The notes below the pieces were generated by a model that saw only the letters and a list, made by a program, of their open reading frames with translations, did not search any database and was not told the origin of the DNA. DNA of 49,037 nucleotides, taken from Chloroflexota bacterium. GTDB taxonomy: Archaea > Iainarchaeota > Iainarchaeia > Iainarchaeales > GCA-2688035. Positions 34,995 to 44,271 of the stretch are shown here, piece by piece. Location of the stretch: positions 1 to 49,037 of the forward strand of contig JAFCCG010000023.1 in NCBI GenBank assembly GCA_017610335.1, written 5' to 3'. A program made the translations under genes and the position numbers. Positions within the stretch are counted from its first letter, which is position 1; each line of letters begins with the position of its first letter.

Positions 34995-35531
34995 TTACAA
35001 ATTGATTTTTTCAACCACATATCTTGCAATTATTCCAAACATTCCACCCCAGATAAAGAGTAAGAAAGCACTGTTTGTGAGCTTGCCCCAAAAGTCAACC
35101 ATTTCAGGAGTCATTTCAATCCCCTGCAGTGAAGCAAAGTTTGAAATATACCAGTAAAGGGCAACATAGTAAGCTGCAAGAGAGCAGGCAACAAAAATTA
35201 CAAAAACTGCAAGGCAAAGCATTCCAAAAGAAAGCTTTGACTCAAAGCCTTTTCTTATCCAGTCAATTAAAAAAAACAATGCAAAAAAAGCAAAGAAAGG
35301 CATTACTGTAAACATTGGACTTCCAAATCCTAAAGGGGACAAAAAACGGCCAATTAAAGGAATTTCTAAAAGTTGAGCTCTTGCAACACTCAGAAAAAGA
35401 ATTACCATATAGGCAATTATGCAAATAACACCTGCCACAATAATCTTGTTAGTAGAAAGAGGCTTTTGCTTCTCAGCAGGCTTTTTTTCCTGTTCTGAAT
35501 TCTGTTCTTCTTTTTCGTTCATTTTAACCAC
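34995..35531 (-). CDS. integral membrane protein, hypothetical
   Basis: 178 aa. Charged N-terminus followed by about 5 TM. Confidence 0.6.
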   Translation of the reverse strand: MVKMNEKEEQNSEQEKKPAEKQKPLSTNKIIVAGVICIIAYMVILFLSVARAQLLEIPLIGRFLSPLGFGSPMFTVMPFFAFFALFFLIDWIRKGFESKLSFGMLCLAVFVIFVACSLAAYYVALYWYISNFASLQGIEMTPEMVDFWGKLTNSAFLLFIWGGMFGIIARYVVEKINL

Positions 35532-35585
35532 TTAGATACAATAAATAAATGATAATAAGTTTAAAACTGTTTTCATGGCAAAGAT

Positions 35586-36569
35586 ATGATTAAAGAGTTG
35601 AAGTTTATGGCAGCAGAATTACCATGGGTTGAAAAATACAGACCGGTTGTATTAGCAGAGGTTGTAGGACAAACAGAAGCAATTAGCAGACTGCAAAGCT
35701 ATGTAAAAACCCACAATGCTCCAAATATGATGTTTACAGGCCCTGCAGGAATTGGCAAAACCTCTGCCGCTGTGGCGCTTGCAAAAGAGCTTTACGGCAA
35801 CGAATTCAGGCGCAATTTTTTGGAATTAAATGCCTCTGATTCAAGAGGAATCGATGTTATAAGAGGACAGATAAAAGACTTTGCAAGAACACTGGCATTC
35901 AGTGCTGATTTCAAAATAATCTTTTTAGATGAATCAGATGCCTTAACAAGCGATGCACAGCATGCATTGCGAAGAACAATGGAAAAGTATACCAAAACAT
36001 GTCGTTTTGTGTTAAGCTGCAATTATTCAAGCAGAATTATTGAGCCACTTCAAAGCAGATGTATTATATTCAGATTCAGACCACTGCAAGCAAAAGATAT
36101 TGAAGCAAGGTTGCAGAAAATTGCAAAAAAAGAAGGATTGGAACTTGACAAAAAAGCACTTGACGCAATTGTTTATGTAAGCATGGGAGACATGAGAAAA
36201 GCTGTAAATGTTTTACAAGCTTCATCAGCACTTGAAAAAAAGATTTTGGAAAAAACCATTTTTAACGTAAGCAGCAGGGCAAAACCACAGGAAGTAAAAG
36301 AAATGATTTCGGTTGCACTAAAAGGCGAATTTATGGAAGCGAGAAATTTACTTGACAAACTAATGTACGAACACGGAATGTCAGGCGAAGACGTAATAAG
36401 CCAGGTTTACAGGGAAGTGATGGGAGCAGAAGAAAAAGACATCCCATCAAAAGCAAAAATTGGACTGGTTGACGTAATCGGAGAATACGATTTCAGACTT
36501 GTTGAAGGAGCAAACGAACGCGTCCAACTTGAAGCAATGCTTGCACAGTTTGCAAGGTTTGGGAAATAA
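35586..36569 (+). CDS. rfcS: replication factor C small subunit
   Basis: 327 aa (alternative start at 35607, MAAELPWVEKYRP). Walker A GPAGIGKT, Walker B IIFLDESD, SRC motif LQSRC. No intein. Confidence 0.9.
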   Translation: MIKELKFMAAELPWVEKYRPVVLAEVVGQTEAISRLQSYVKTHNAPNMMFTGPAGIGKTSAAVALAKELYGNEFRRNFLELNASDSRGIDVIRGQIKDFARTLAFSADFKIIFLDESDALTSDAQHALRRTMEKYTKTCRFVLSCNYSSRIIEPLQSRCIIFRFRPLQAKDIEARLQKIAKKEGLELDKKALDAIVYVSMGDMRKAVNVLQASSALEKKILEKTIFNVSSRAKPQEVKEMISVALKGEFMEARNLLDKLMYEHGMSGEDVISQVYREVMGAEEKDIPSKAKIGLVDVIGEYDFRLVEGANERVQLEAMLAQFARFGK

Positions 36570-36577
36570 AATCTACT

Positions 36578-37345
36578 CTAAGAATTCTTTTCAATAAAAT
36601 TGGCAACCTGCTCCAGCATTTTTTCAAATTCCGCAGGGTTGGAATACTTGTGGCCCGCTCCCTCGATTACTTCAAGTCGGCAGTTTGAAATAAGGGAAGC
36701 GGTTTTCTTGCTTTGTTCAACCGGAACAACATTGTCAAGGCTTCCGTGGACAATTAATGTTGGAATATTTATTTTCTTTGCTGCTTCAAATCCGCTTACT
36801 TTTTCTGCATCCTCAAAAAAAGAGTAATTCAGCCTTAGTTTGCCCCTTTTGGTTTCATGCCAGATAAAGCCTTCCTTCTTCCATTCACTTACATCAGCAT
36901 TGTCTTCCTCTGCAAGTAATTTCCCAAGGTAATCTGAAACAGGGGATTTCAAGACAAGCAACCGCAATCCTGGCTTTTTGGAAGCCGCAAGCAATGCAGC
37001 CATGCCGCCAAAACTTGAACCAAATAGCCCAATCTTTGAAAAACCCTTTTCCTTCAAAAAGCCAACAGCATTCAAAACGCCGTTAACCGCTTCAGAAATT
37101 GTTATGTCCTCAAACTTGCCATCGCTTTCTCCATGTCCAAAGAAATCAAAACGAAAAGTGGAAATGTCTTTTTTGTTCAAAGCCTTTTCCAAAAGAAGAT
37201 AGGTCTGGCTTTCCTTGTTTGTATCAAAGCCATGGCAAATGACCACAACAAGCTTGTCCTTGCCACCCGTTGGATTTGAAAGAATTCCAACAAGTTTGCC
37301 GCCCTTAGTATTTTTGAAGAAAAGCTTTTCGTGCATGAAAATCAC
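36578..37345 (-). CDS. alpha/beta-fold hydrolase
   Basis: 255 aa. VVICHGF oxyanion region, GSSFGG nucleophile elbow (GxSxG), late Asp (GSLDNVV) and His (GAGHKY). Confidence 0.75.
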   Translation of the reverse strand: MIFMHEKLFFKNTKGGKLVGILSNPTGGKDKLVVVICHGFDTNKESQTYLLLEKALNKKDISTFRFDFFGHGESDGKFEDITISEAVNGVLNAVGFLKEKGFSKIGLFGSSFGGMAALLAASKKPGLRLLVLKSPVSDYLGKLLAEEDNADVSEWKKEGFIWHETKRGKLRLNYSFFEDAEKVSGFEAAKKINIPTLIVHGSLDNVVPVEQSKKTASLISNCRLEVIEGAGHKYSNPAEFEKMLEQVANFIEKNS

Positions 37346-37367
37346 TTAATACAAACCTTATATAGCC

Positions 37368-38603
37368 TTAACTTTGGAAGTCTGAAAGTCTTTTTTGATT
37401 CTGCAAAAAGTCAAGAAGCTTGCTTTCCTTCTTGTACTTATCCATTGGAATCTTGAGTTTTCTTGAAAGAAATGCAAGAGCCAATTCAAGGCTTGAAAAA
37501 GTCAATGGCTTTTGCCTTAAAGCATTTCTGGAATTTTCCCGCGTCTGCCAAACTCCAAGTGGCAGAGCATATCCTGCTCCAATTTCTCTAAAAACAATTG
37601 CAGCCGCCTGCCTTTTCTTTAAATTTAAAAATTCTGCAACAGCAAGCCTTACAGAATAATATGCACCAGTAATATTTGAAGCATAAGTTTTTCTTCCAGA
37701 ATAAAACTCATGGTCTTGGGCGATTATTGGCTCCTTTGCATCGCCAGCCCAATCGCTTCCAGGAAACCAGGACTCCAATTGCTCAAAAGCCCAAGAACTA
37801 GGAATGAGAAGAATCCAAAAATCGTTGTCCAAATAATTTGAATGGAATAGTTGAAATTCGCCAATTTGCTGAAAGTACTTGACCTTTTCTTCAATCAGAT
37901 TTTTTGAAATGTTCGAATCGACGGCAGTTATCGAATATCTTGTTGGCACAAGCTTCCTGTTTTTTCCAATCCCAAGTGTTCCAGCGCTTAAAAGCTTGTG
38001 GAGTCTGCTTATGTGAAAGCCCGAATTGTACAGGGAAATAATGGCGTCGGTTGATTTGAGGTCGGTGTCTGAAACAGCGTAATCTATTTTTTTTGGAATG
38101 CTTGGATTTTCATCAAGCTTCATTTTAAACAATGGAGCACTTGGTCCCATTGGGGCAACCATTTCACCGAAAGAAATGGTTGACTTTGGTGCTGACTTTA
38201 ACTTTATGTCAACGGCAACAGGCTTTGTTGACATTGCAAGCTCCTGCATTTCAACAAGCTCATAGGAAGGGTTTGCAGCGGCTTTGATGTTAACCGGCTT
38301 ATTACCTCGCAAAAGCTGTTCTCTGAAAGAAATTATTTCTTCAGAAGGCAATCCAAACCATTGCTCAGGAATGTCAAATTTGGATGTGTCAAAAACTTCA
38401 GTAGGACTTAAAGGCGCAATCTGCACGTTTGGATAATTTGTCCAGCTTACAAACAGGGACGGAGGGCTGCTTCCGACAAATTCGTTTCCCTTAATGTTTG
38501 AAACAGACTTGTGCCTTGCACTGTTCTTTTTAAGAACAGGGCAATAGCTTAACCCGCATAAAAGCTTTCCTTTGCAGCGAATGCACAATTTTGGAGAAAT
38601 CAA
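37368..38603 (-). CDS. nreA: Nre-family protein (archaeal NreA-like, DNA repair associated)
   Basis: 411 aa. N-terminal Cys cluster LCIRCKGKLLCGLSYCPV, as I recall it for the Nre_N family. C-terminal QKRLSDFQ is PIP-box-like. Sits next to rfcS. Confidence 0.55.
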   Translation of the reverse strand: MISPKLCIRCKGKLLCGLSYCPVLKKNSARHKSVSNIKGNEFVGSSPPSLFVSWTNYPNVQIAPLSPTEVFDTSKFDIPEQWFGLPSEEIISFREQLLRGNKPVNIKAAANPSYELVEMQELAMSTKPVAVDIKLKSAPKSTISFGEMVAPMGPSAPLFKMKLDENPSIPKKIDYAVSDTDLKSTDAIISLYNSGFHISRLHKLLSAGTLGIGKNRKLVPTRYSITAVDSNISKNLIEEKVKYFQQIGEFQLFHSNYLDNDFWILLIPSSWAFEQLESWFPGSDWAGDAKEPIIAQDHEFYSGRKTYASNITGAYYSVRLAVAEFLNLKKRQAAAIVFREIGAGYALPLGVWQTRENSRNALRQKPLTFSSLELALAFLSRKLKIPMDKYKKESKLLDFLQNQKRLSDFQS

Positions 38604-38710
38604 TTTTTGCCACTGTATTATTTCTTTTATTAAAAGAATTAAATAGTAAGCAGAGTGAATTTCCGGTGAAAGGAAAGTTATTTATTTAGGAAACGAGATA
38701 ATAATGCATT

Positions 38711-39595
38711 ATGCCAAAGAAAAAGATTGGGAAAAAACATGCAAAAAAAAGGCATGCGGGAAAAACAACCAGTGCAGTAGAACTTTTTTCAGAATCAATC
38801 AAAGCAACCTTTGACCTGAATATTTTTATAGTTCCACTAATGGCAATTGTTTTCGGACTAATTGCAATGTTTATAATTGGAATTGTTTCACTGCCATTTA
38901 TTGCAATAGGCGCAGGGTTTTTTGCAGCAACCAATATTGCACCATTGATTGCGGTTGCAATAATTGGCGCGATTGTAGTAATTGCATTGATTGTTGTTGC
39001 AGCAGCTATAGTTAGTGGTTTTTATTACAAAAGCATTGACCAATACCTTAAAGAAAAAAAGGTTTCAATTGAAGAAAATATAAAGTTTGCTTTTGGAAAA
39101 TGGCAAAAACTTGTTGGGGTTTCCATACTTGAAATGCTTGTAAGCGGTGCCATAATGTTTTTGGTAATAGTTCCGGCAATGTCATTCATAATTAGAACTG
39201 GTATAATACCCTCAGATATTGTTTCAACAGCACTTGTATCAGCTTCCGAAACAGCATTAATTACTGCGTTAATACCTGCATTTATTGTACTTGCACTGGC
39301 TTTTGTAATTCTAATGGCAGTAATGCTTTTCATAAACCCGTTGCTTTTCTTATGGTTTCCAACAGCAGTATTTGAAAAAACGCCTGCATTAGAATGCGTT
39401 AGAAAAGGATATGATACCGGAAAGTCAAAATATTTAAGGAATTTTGGAGCCATACTTTTAATGGGAATTGTCAGCACCATTGTAGTAGGAGTGCAAATGG
39501 TTGGCCCAACAGTAATAATAGGAATTGTTTTGTCAATCTGGATTGAACTTGCCACAGTTGTAATGATTGTCAAAATTTACAGAGAAAACGCATAA
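38711..39595 (+). CDS. integral membrane protein, hypothetical
   Basis: 294 aa. Basic N-terminus (KKKIGKKHAKKRHAGK), then about 6 TM. Confidence 0.6.
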   Translation: MPKKKIGKKHAKKRHAGKTTSAVELFSESIKATFDLNIFIVPLMAIVFGLIAMFIIGIVSLPFIAIGAGFFAATNIAPLIAVAIIGAIVVIALIVVAAAIVSGFYYKSIDQYLKEKKVSIEENIKFAFGKWQKLVGVSILEMLVSGAIMFLVIVPAMSFIIRTGIIPSDIVSTALVSASETALITALIPAFIVLALAFVILMAVMLFINPLLFLWFPTAVFEKTPALECVRKGYDTGKSKYLRNFGAILLMGIVSTIVVGVQMVGPTVIIGIVLSIWIELATVVMIVKIYRENA

Positions 39596-39645
39596 GCCGA
39601 AAATCATTATTGTTTTAAATAACATAAGAACCTATTTCTTTAATT

Positions 39646-41370
39646 ATGGCAAAAGTTGACTGGAAGAAGGCAGATGACAGAAAACGTTTTTGGCACAGCA
39701 CAAGCCATGTCTTAGCCGAAGCAGTAAAAGAGCTTTATCCAAAAACAAAACTTGCAATAGGACCGGCAATTGAAAAAGGATTTTATTACGATTTTGACAC
39801 CAAACCATTCAAACCAGAGGACTTGAAAAAAATAGAAAAAAAAATGCTTGAAATAATTAAGGCAAATGAAAAGTTTGTAAAAAAGGATATTGAAAAGGCT
39901 AAAGCATTAAAGCAGTTTAAAGAGGAACCATACAAAATTGAACTCATAAAAGAATTACCAGGAAAAAAAGTTTCAACCTACACAAACGGAAAATTTACTG
40001 ATTTATGCAAAGGACCGCATATTGAAAGCACTGGAAAAATTGGAGCAGTAAAACTTTTGAGAGTCTCAGGTGCTTATTGGCGAGGAAACGAAAAAAATAA
40101 AATGCTTCAAAGAATTTACGGTATAAGTTTTCCTGATAAAAAAATGCTAAGGCAATGGCTTTTTGCAAAAGAAGAAGCTGAAAAAAGAAACCACTTAAAA
40201 TTAGGAAAAAGGCTTGACTTGTTCAGCATGCAACCAGAAGCACCAGGATGTGTTTTCATTCACCCAAACGGAATGGTTGTATGGAACGAGCTTGTAAAAT
40301 TTTGGAAAGACGAACACAGAAAAGCAGGATATATTGAAATAAATACTCCGATTATTTTGAAAAAAACATTATGGGAACAATCAGGTCACTGGGATCACTA
40401 CAAAGAAAACATGTACTTTACAACCATTGACGGAGAAGACTTTGCAGTAAAACCGATGAATTGCCCTGGAGGCATTTTAATTTACAAAACAAAAAGAAGA
40501 AGCTACAGGGAATTGCCTTTAAGAGTTGGAGAGCTTGGAACAGTACACAGGCATGAACTAAGCGGTGTGCTAAACGGCTTATTCAGAGTAAGAAAATTTA
40601 CACAGGATGATGCACACATTTACTGCACTGAAGAACAAATAGAACAGGAAATAATAAACATCATTGATTTGGTTGACAAGTTTTACAAAGTGTTTGGATT
40701 CAGTTACCAAATTGAATTAAGCACAAGACCTGCTGACGCAATGGGAAACAAAAAAAGGTGGGACATGGCAGAAGATGCATTACAAAAGGCATTGAAGAAA
40801 AAGAAAATAAATTTTAAAATAAATGAAGGAGATGGTGCATTTTACGGTCCAAAAATTGATTTTCATATTAAAGACTCTTTGGGAAGAACATGGCAGTGTG
40901 CAACAATCCAACTTGACTTCAGCATGCCTGAAAAGTTTGACCTAAGCTATGTTGGAAAAGACGACAAACAGCACAGGCCAGTAATGCTTCACAGAGTTAT
41001 TTATGGTTCTCTTGAAAGATTTTTTGGAATCTTGATTGAACACTATGGAGGAGCATTCCCTCTTTGGCTTGCTCCAACACAAGTTGCATTGCTTCCGATT
41101 GCAGACAGGCATGTAAAATATGCTGAAAAAGTGAAAAAAGAACTTGAAGAAGCAGACTTGCGTGTTGACCTTGATAAAAGACAAGAAAGTGTTTCGGCAA
41201 AAGTAAGGAACGCGCAATTACAAAAAATTCCATACATTCTTGTAGCAGGAGACCGAGAAGAAAAGGAAGGGACTGTTACTGTAAGGCTTAGAAATGGCAA
41301 AGTTGTTGGAGCAGAAAAAACAGACGAATTTTTGAAAAAACTGCTTAAGGAAATAAAGGAAAAGAAATAG
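39646..41370 (+). CDS. thrS: threonine--tRNA ligase (bacterial-type editing domain, no TGS domain)
   Basis: 574 aa. Starts directly in the editing/SAD region (HSTSH ... CKGPH). Class II core (FRVRKFTQDDAHIY, GAFYGPKIDF) and a C-terminal anticodon-binding domain. Confidence 0.9.
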   Translation: MAKVDWKKADDRKRFWHSTSHVLAEAVKELYPKTKLAIGPAIEKGFYYDFDTKPFKPEDLKKIEKKMLEIIKANEKFVKKDIEKAKALKQFKEEPYKIELIKELPGKKVSTYTNGKFTDLCKGPHIESTGKIGAVKLLRVSGAYWRGNEKNKMLQRIYGISFPDKKMLRQWLFAKEEAEKRNHLKLGKRLDLFSMQPEAPGCVFIHPNGMVVWNELVKFWKDEHRKAGYIEINTPIILKKTLWEQSGHWDHYKENMYFTTIDGEDFAVKPMNCPGGILIYKTKRRSYRELPLRVGELGTVHRHELSGVLNGLFRVRKFTQDDAHIYCTEEQIEQEIINIIDLVDKFYKVFGFSYQIELSTRPADAMGNKKRWDMAEDALQKALKKKKINFKINEGDGAFYGPKIDFHIKDSLGRTWQCATIQLDFSMPEKFDLSYVGKDDKQHRPVMLHRVIYGSLERFFGILIEHYGGAFPLWLAPTQVALLPIADRHVKYAEKVKKELEEADLRVDLDKRQESVSAKVRNAQLQKIPYILVAGDREEKEGTVTVRLRNGKVVGAEKTDEFLKKLLKEIKEKK

Positions 41371-41430
41371 CAACTGCAAAACAGGACTTATATTAAAGTT
41401 TATATAATAGAATGTCTTTTTCTTAATGAT

Positions 41431-43197
41431 ATGGCAGAAGATGACTATTTGGAAGACCTTATAAAAAAAGTAAAGAAAGCCAAACAGGAAGAAATGAAAG
41501 CAGTAAAAGCTCCAAAAAAGGCAGAATATGGAGCAAGTGTTCCAAAAGAAATTGAAGACTTAAAAAAAAGAAAAGTTCCTAAAGAAATGCCTGTACCAAA
41601 AGCAAAATCTGCTGAAATTGCCAAAGCAAAATCTGCTACAGAAACTGAAACAAAATCTGTTCAAGGAAAAATTCCAGAACTTTCACCTGAAGAAGAAATT
41701 GTTAAAGAAGACGATGAAAAGAAAAAAAGCACTGTTGAAAAAGAGCTTGAAACAGCGCATGAAAAAAAGCTTATTGAAAAATATGCAGATGTAAAAATTT
41801 ACAGCGTTCCTGGAAAGCCATTGCCATTTTATGTTGTGCCTGTTGCGAGACCAACCAAACAAGAGAAAGCAGTAATCAACACAATAAAAGAAGCAGCAAC
41901 AAGGCTGATTGCAATCACTCCATACAAAGTAAGAGATATTGAACAAAGAAGAAACATTTACAGGCAACGCATTCTTGAAATTTTAAGAAACAGCCCAGAG
42001 TTACACATTCCTGAAAGAAGATTTGAATTTTATGCAGAATCTGTTATAAGAGAAATGGTTGGCTATGGAATTATAGACCCACTAGTAATAGACGACAACC
42101 TTGAAGAAATTATGGTTATTGGCGCAAAAAAACCAGTTTATCTTTTTCACAGAAAATATGAAATGATGTCAAGCAATATTGAATTTTATTCAAATAAAGA
42201 AATAATTGATTTGATTAACAGAATTGCAAGACATGTTGGAAGACGTGTTGACATAAGCTCGCCATTGCTTGATGCAAGAATGCCTGATGGAAGCAGGGTA
42301 AATGCAACAATTCCACCTGCATCAGTTGAAGGTGCAACACTAACAATCAGAAAATTCAGAAAAGATCCTTACACTATGGTTGACCTGATAAAAAATGGAA
42401 CGGTTTCAACAGAAGCAGCTGCATTCTTCTGGCTGTGCGTTGACGGTTTAGGAGCAAAACCGGCAAATATGCTTATATCAGGAGGAACAGGTTCAGGAAA
42501 AACAACAACCTTGAACTGTCTTGCATCATTTATTCCAGACACAGAAAGAATTGTCAGTATTGAAGACACTGCAGAACTTGCCATGCCATTAAAACATTGG
42601 ATAAGACTGGAAGCAAGACCTCCAGGCCTTGAAGGAAAAGGGGAAATAACATTAGATGTTTTAACAAAAAACAGTCTAAGAATGAGACCTGACAGAATAA
42701 TTGTAGGAGAAGTAAGGCACGATGAAGCATTTACATTATTCACAGCACTCAATACCGGACATGACGGCTGTATGGGAACAATCCACGCAAACAGCCCGCA
42801 AGAAACAATCATTAGAATAACTTCTCCACCTATGAACGTTCCTGAAGTTATGCTTTCAGGTCTTGATATTATAATTATAGAACACAAAATTCACGACAGA
42901 AGAAAAGGAACAATAAGAAGAATTACGGAAATTGCAGAAGTAAGCGGTGTTCTCTTAATGCATGCGCAAACTCAGACAATTTTTATGAGAGACCCGGTAA
43001 AAGACATATTAGAAAGAACAAACATACCAATAAAGTTTTTGAAAATACTACAGAACTTTACAGGATTAAGCAACAAAGCAATTAATGATGAGTGGAAACA
43101 ACGGCAGATTTTCCTGGAAAAATTATGCAAAGAAGGAGTAAAAGGAATGGCTGACTTTAAAGAAAAAACACGAAAGTTTTCTTGCAGAGGGAATTAA
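41431..43197 (+). CDS. type IV pilus/archaellum-family secretion ATPase (FlaI/PilB/VirB11 superfamily)
   Basis: 588 aa. About 130-aa K/E-rich N-terminal region, Walker A GGTGSGKTT, Walker B-like RPDRIIVGEVR, and His box TGHDGCMGTIHAN. Confidence 0.85.
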   Translation: MAEDDYLEDLIKKVKKAKQEEMKAVKAPKKAEYGASVPKEIEDLKKRKVPKEMPVPKAKSAEIAKAKSATETETKSVQGKIPELSPEEEIVKEDDEKKKSTVEKELETAHEKKLIEKYADVKIYSVPGKPLPFYVVPVARPTKQEKAVINTIKEAATRLIAITPYKVRDIEQRRNIYRQRILEILRNSPELHIPERRFEFYAESVIREMVGYGIIDPLVIDDNLEEIMVIGAKKPVYLFHRKYEMMSSNIEFYSNKEIIDLINRIARHVGRRVDISSPLLDARMPDGSRVNATIPPASVEGATLTIRKFRKDPYTMVDLIKNGTVSTEAAAFFWLCVDGLGAKPANMLISGGTGSGKTTTLNCLASFIPDTERIVSIEDTAELAMPLKHWIRLEARPPGLEGKGEITLDVLTKNSLRMRPDRIIVGEVRHDEAFTLFTALNTGHDGCMGTIHANSPQETIIRITSPPMNVPEVMLSGLDIIIIEHKIHDRRKGTIRRITEIAEVSGVLLMHAQTQTIFMRDPVKDILERTNIPIKFLKILQNFTGLSNKAINDEWKQRQIFLEKLCKEGVKGMADFKEKTRKFSCRGN

Positions 43198-43977
43198 ATG
43201 TCACAACTTGATGAATTGAAAAATAACATTTCACAAAAAAAAGGAAAAACAAAAAAACTAGCAGCGGATCCCGATGAGCCTGTAGAAGTGAATATGGATC
43301 AGGTTGAAAAAATCGTAAAAAGAATGCGGGCCAAATACAGAGCTGAAGGAGTAGAGTTTGAAGAGGTCGGAGGAAATCTCAAAGAACTAAGGGGTCTTAT
43401 AGCAGACGGCATGGGCGGAAAAGTAGAAATTCAGACTATTGAAGAGCTCAGAGAAGTCAAAAGCAAAATGGTAAAATTTCTTGCAAGCATTTATCTAAAA
43501 CTTGGAGGAATTCTAAAACCAATCGCAAAAGCAGTAATAAGATTTCCCGAATTTGAAATGCTTTCATTTTATCTTTACAGTGCAAACATGCATTACAGCA
43601 GTAAGCAATATGTTGCATTAACTGTAGCAGCTTCTGCAATTGCATTTATCATTGCATTACTTGTTTCAGCAGCCATACTTACAGTTCTTGAAGTTCAAAT
43701 GGTAATAAGAGTACTGGCAGTTGCTATTATCTCAATAATGACATTTGTTATAACAGCAGTAATAATACTCATGGCGCCAAAACAAAGAGCAGTAACAAGA
43801 GGAAATGCAGTAAGCTTAGAACTTCCTTTTGCACTAAGACACATGTCAACAGAAATAAGAGCAGGAATAGGCCTTTACAGAACAATACAGGCAATTGCTG
43901 TATCAAACTATGGAGAATTAAGTGAAGAGTTTGCAAGAGATAATAAGAGCATTAAAAACAGGCGGGAACCTAAGTGA
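43198..43977 (+). CDS. T2SSF-domain pilus platform protein (FlaJ/TadC-like), N-terminal part before a frame disruption
   Basis: 259 aa. Starts directly after the ATPase stop. TM helices, then LPFALRHMSTEIRAGIGLYRTIQAIA..YGELSEEFAR, after which the frame runs into a stop. Confidence 0.7.
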   Translation: MSQLDELKNNISQKKGKTKKLAADPDEPVEVNMDQVEKIVKRMRAKYRAEGVEFEEVGGNLKELRGLIADGMGGKVEIQTIEELREVKSKMVKFLASIYLKLGGILKPIAKAVIRFPEFEMLSFYLYSANMHYSSKQYVALTVAASAIAFIIALLVSAAILTVLEVQMVIRVLAVAIISIMTFVITAVIILMAPKQRAVTRGNAVSLELPFALRHMSTEIRAGIGLYRTIQAIAVSNYGELSEEFARDNKSIKNRREPK

Positions 43978-44269
43978 AAGCATGAACGACATAGCAGAAG
44001 ACGTTTCATTTAACCTAAGACTTGCCGTAAGCGAATTTGGTCAAAGAATGAATTTTTTTGGGGTAATATTTATATTTGGAGCAATTGTAATGCCTGTAAT
44101 GGTAGCAATACTTGGAAGCATCAGAAACAGCCCGATAAAAGCAAGCATGCCAAGTTTTGAAATGCTGCCACTTGGCATTCCAATAATGGCGGCATTCTTT
44201 GTGGTAATAATGCCATTTGTTTTAGTAGTATTTTTATTTTACATAAAAAACGCACAACCAAGGGTGTAA
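43922..44269 (+). CDS. T2SSF-domain pilus platform protein, C-terminal part in the +1 frame
   Basis: 115 aa. ..IIRALKTGGNLSESMNDIAEDV continues the T2SSF domain begun in 43198..43977, then 2 TM. Joining needs 1 nt skipped near 43939. Confidence 0.65.
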   Translation: MKSLQEIIRALKTGGNLSESMNDIAEDVSFNLRLAVSEFGQRMNFFGVIFIFGAIVMPVMVAILGSIRNSPIKASMPSFEMLPLGIPIMAAFFVVIMPFVLVVFLFYIKNAQPRV

Positions 44270-44271
44270 AG

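Noticed and set aside
39025-39573. Long antisense ORFs opposite confirmed genes (e.g. 39025..39573, 48256..48846, 11033..11548, 42369..42887, 22190..22732, 20576..21106, 3896..4294, 5346..5702, 14385..14759, 32974..33411)
   Set aside because: They lie fully inside genes with strong motif support on the other strand. Their composition is low-complexity (S/F/I/L-rich) and they lack SD motifs. These are typical shadow ORFs of AT-rich, purine-skewed coding DNA.
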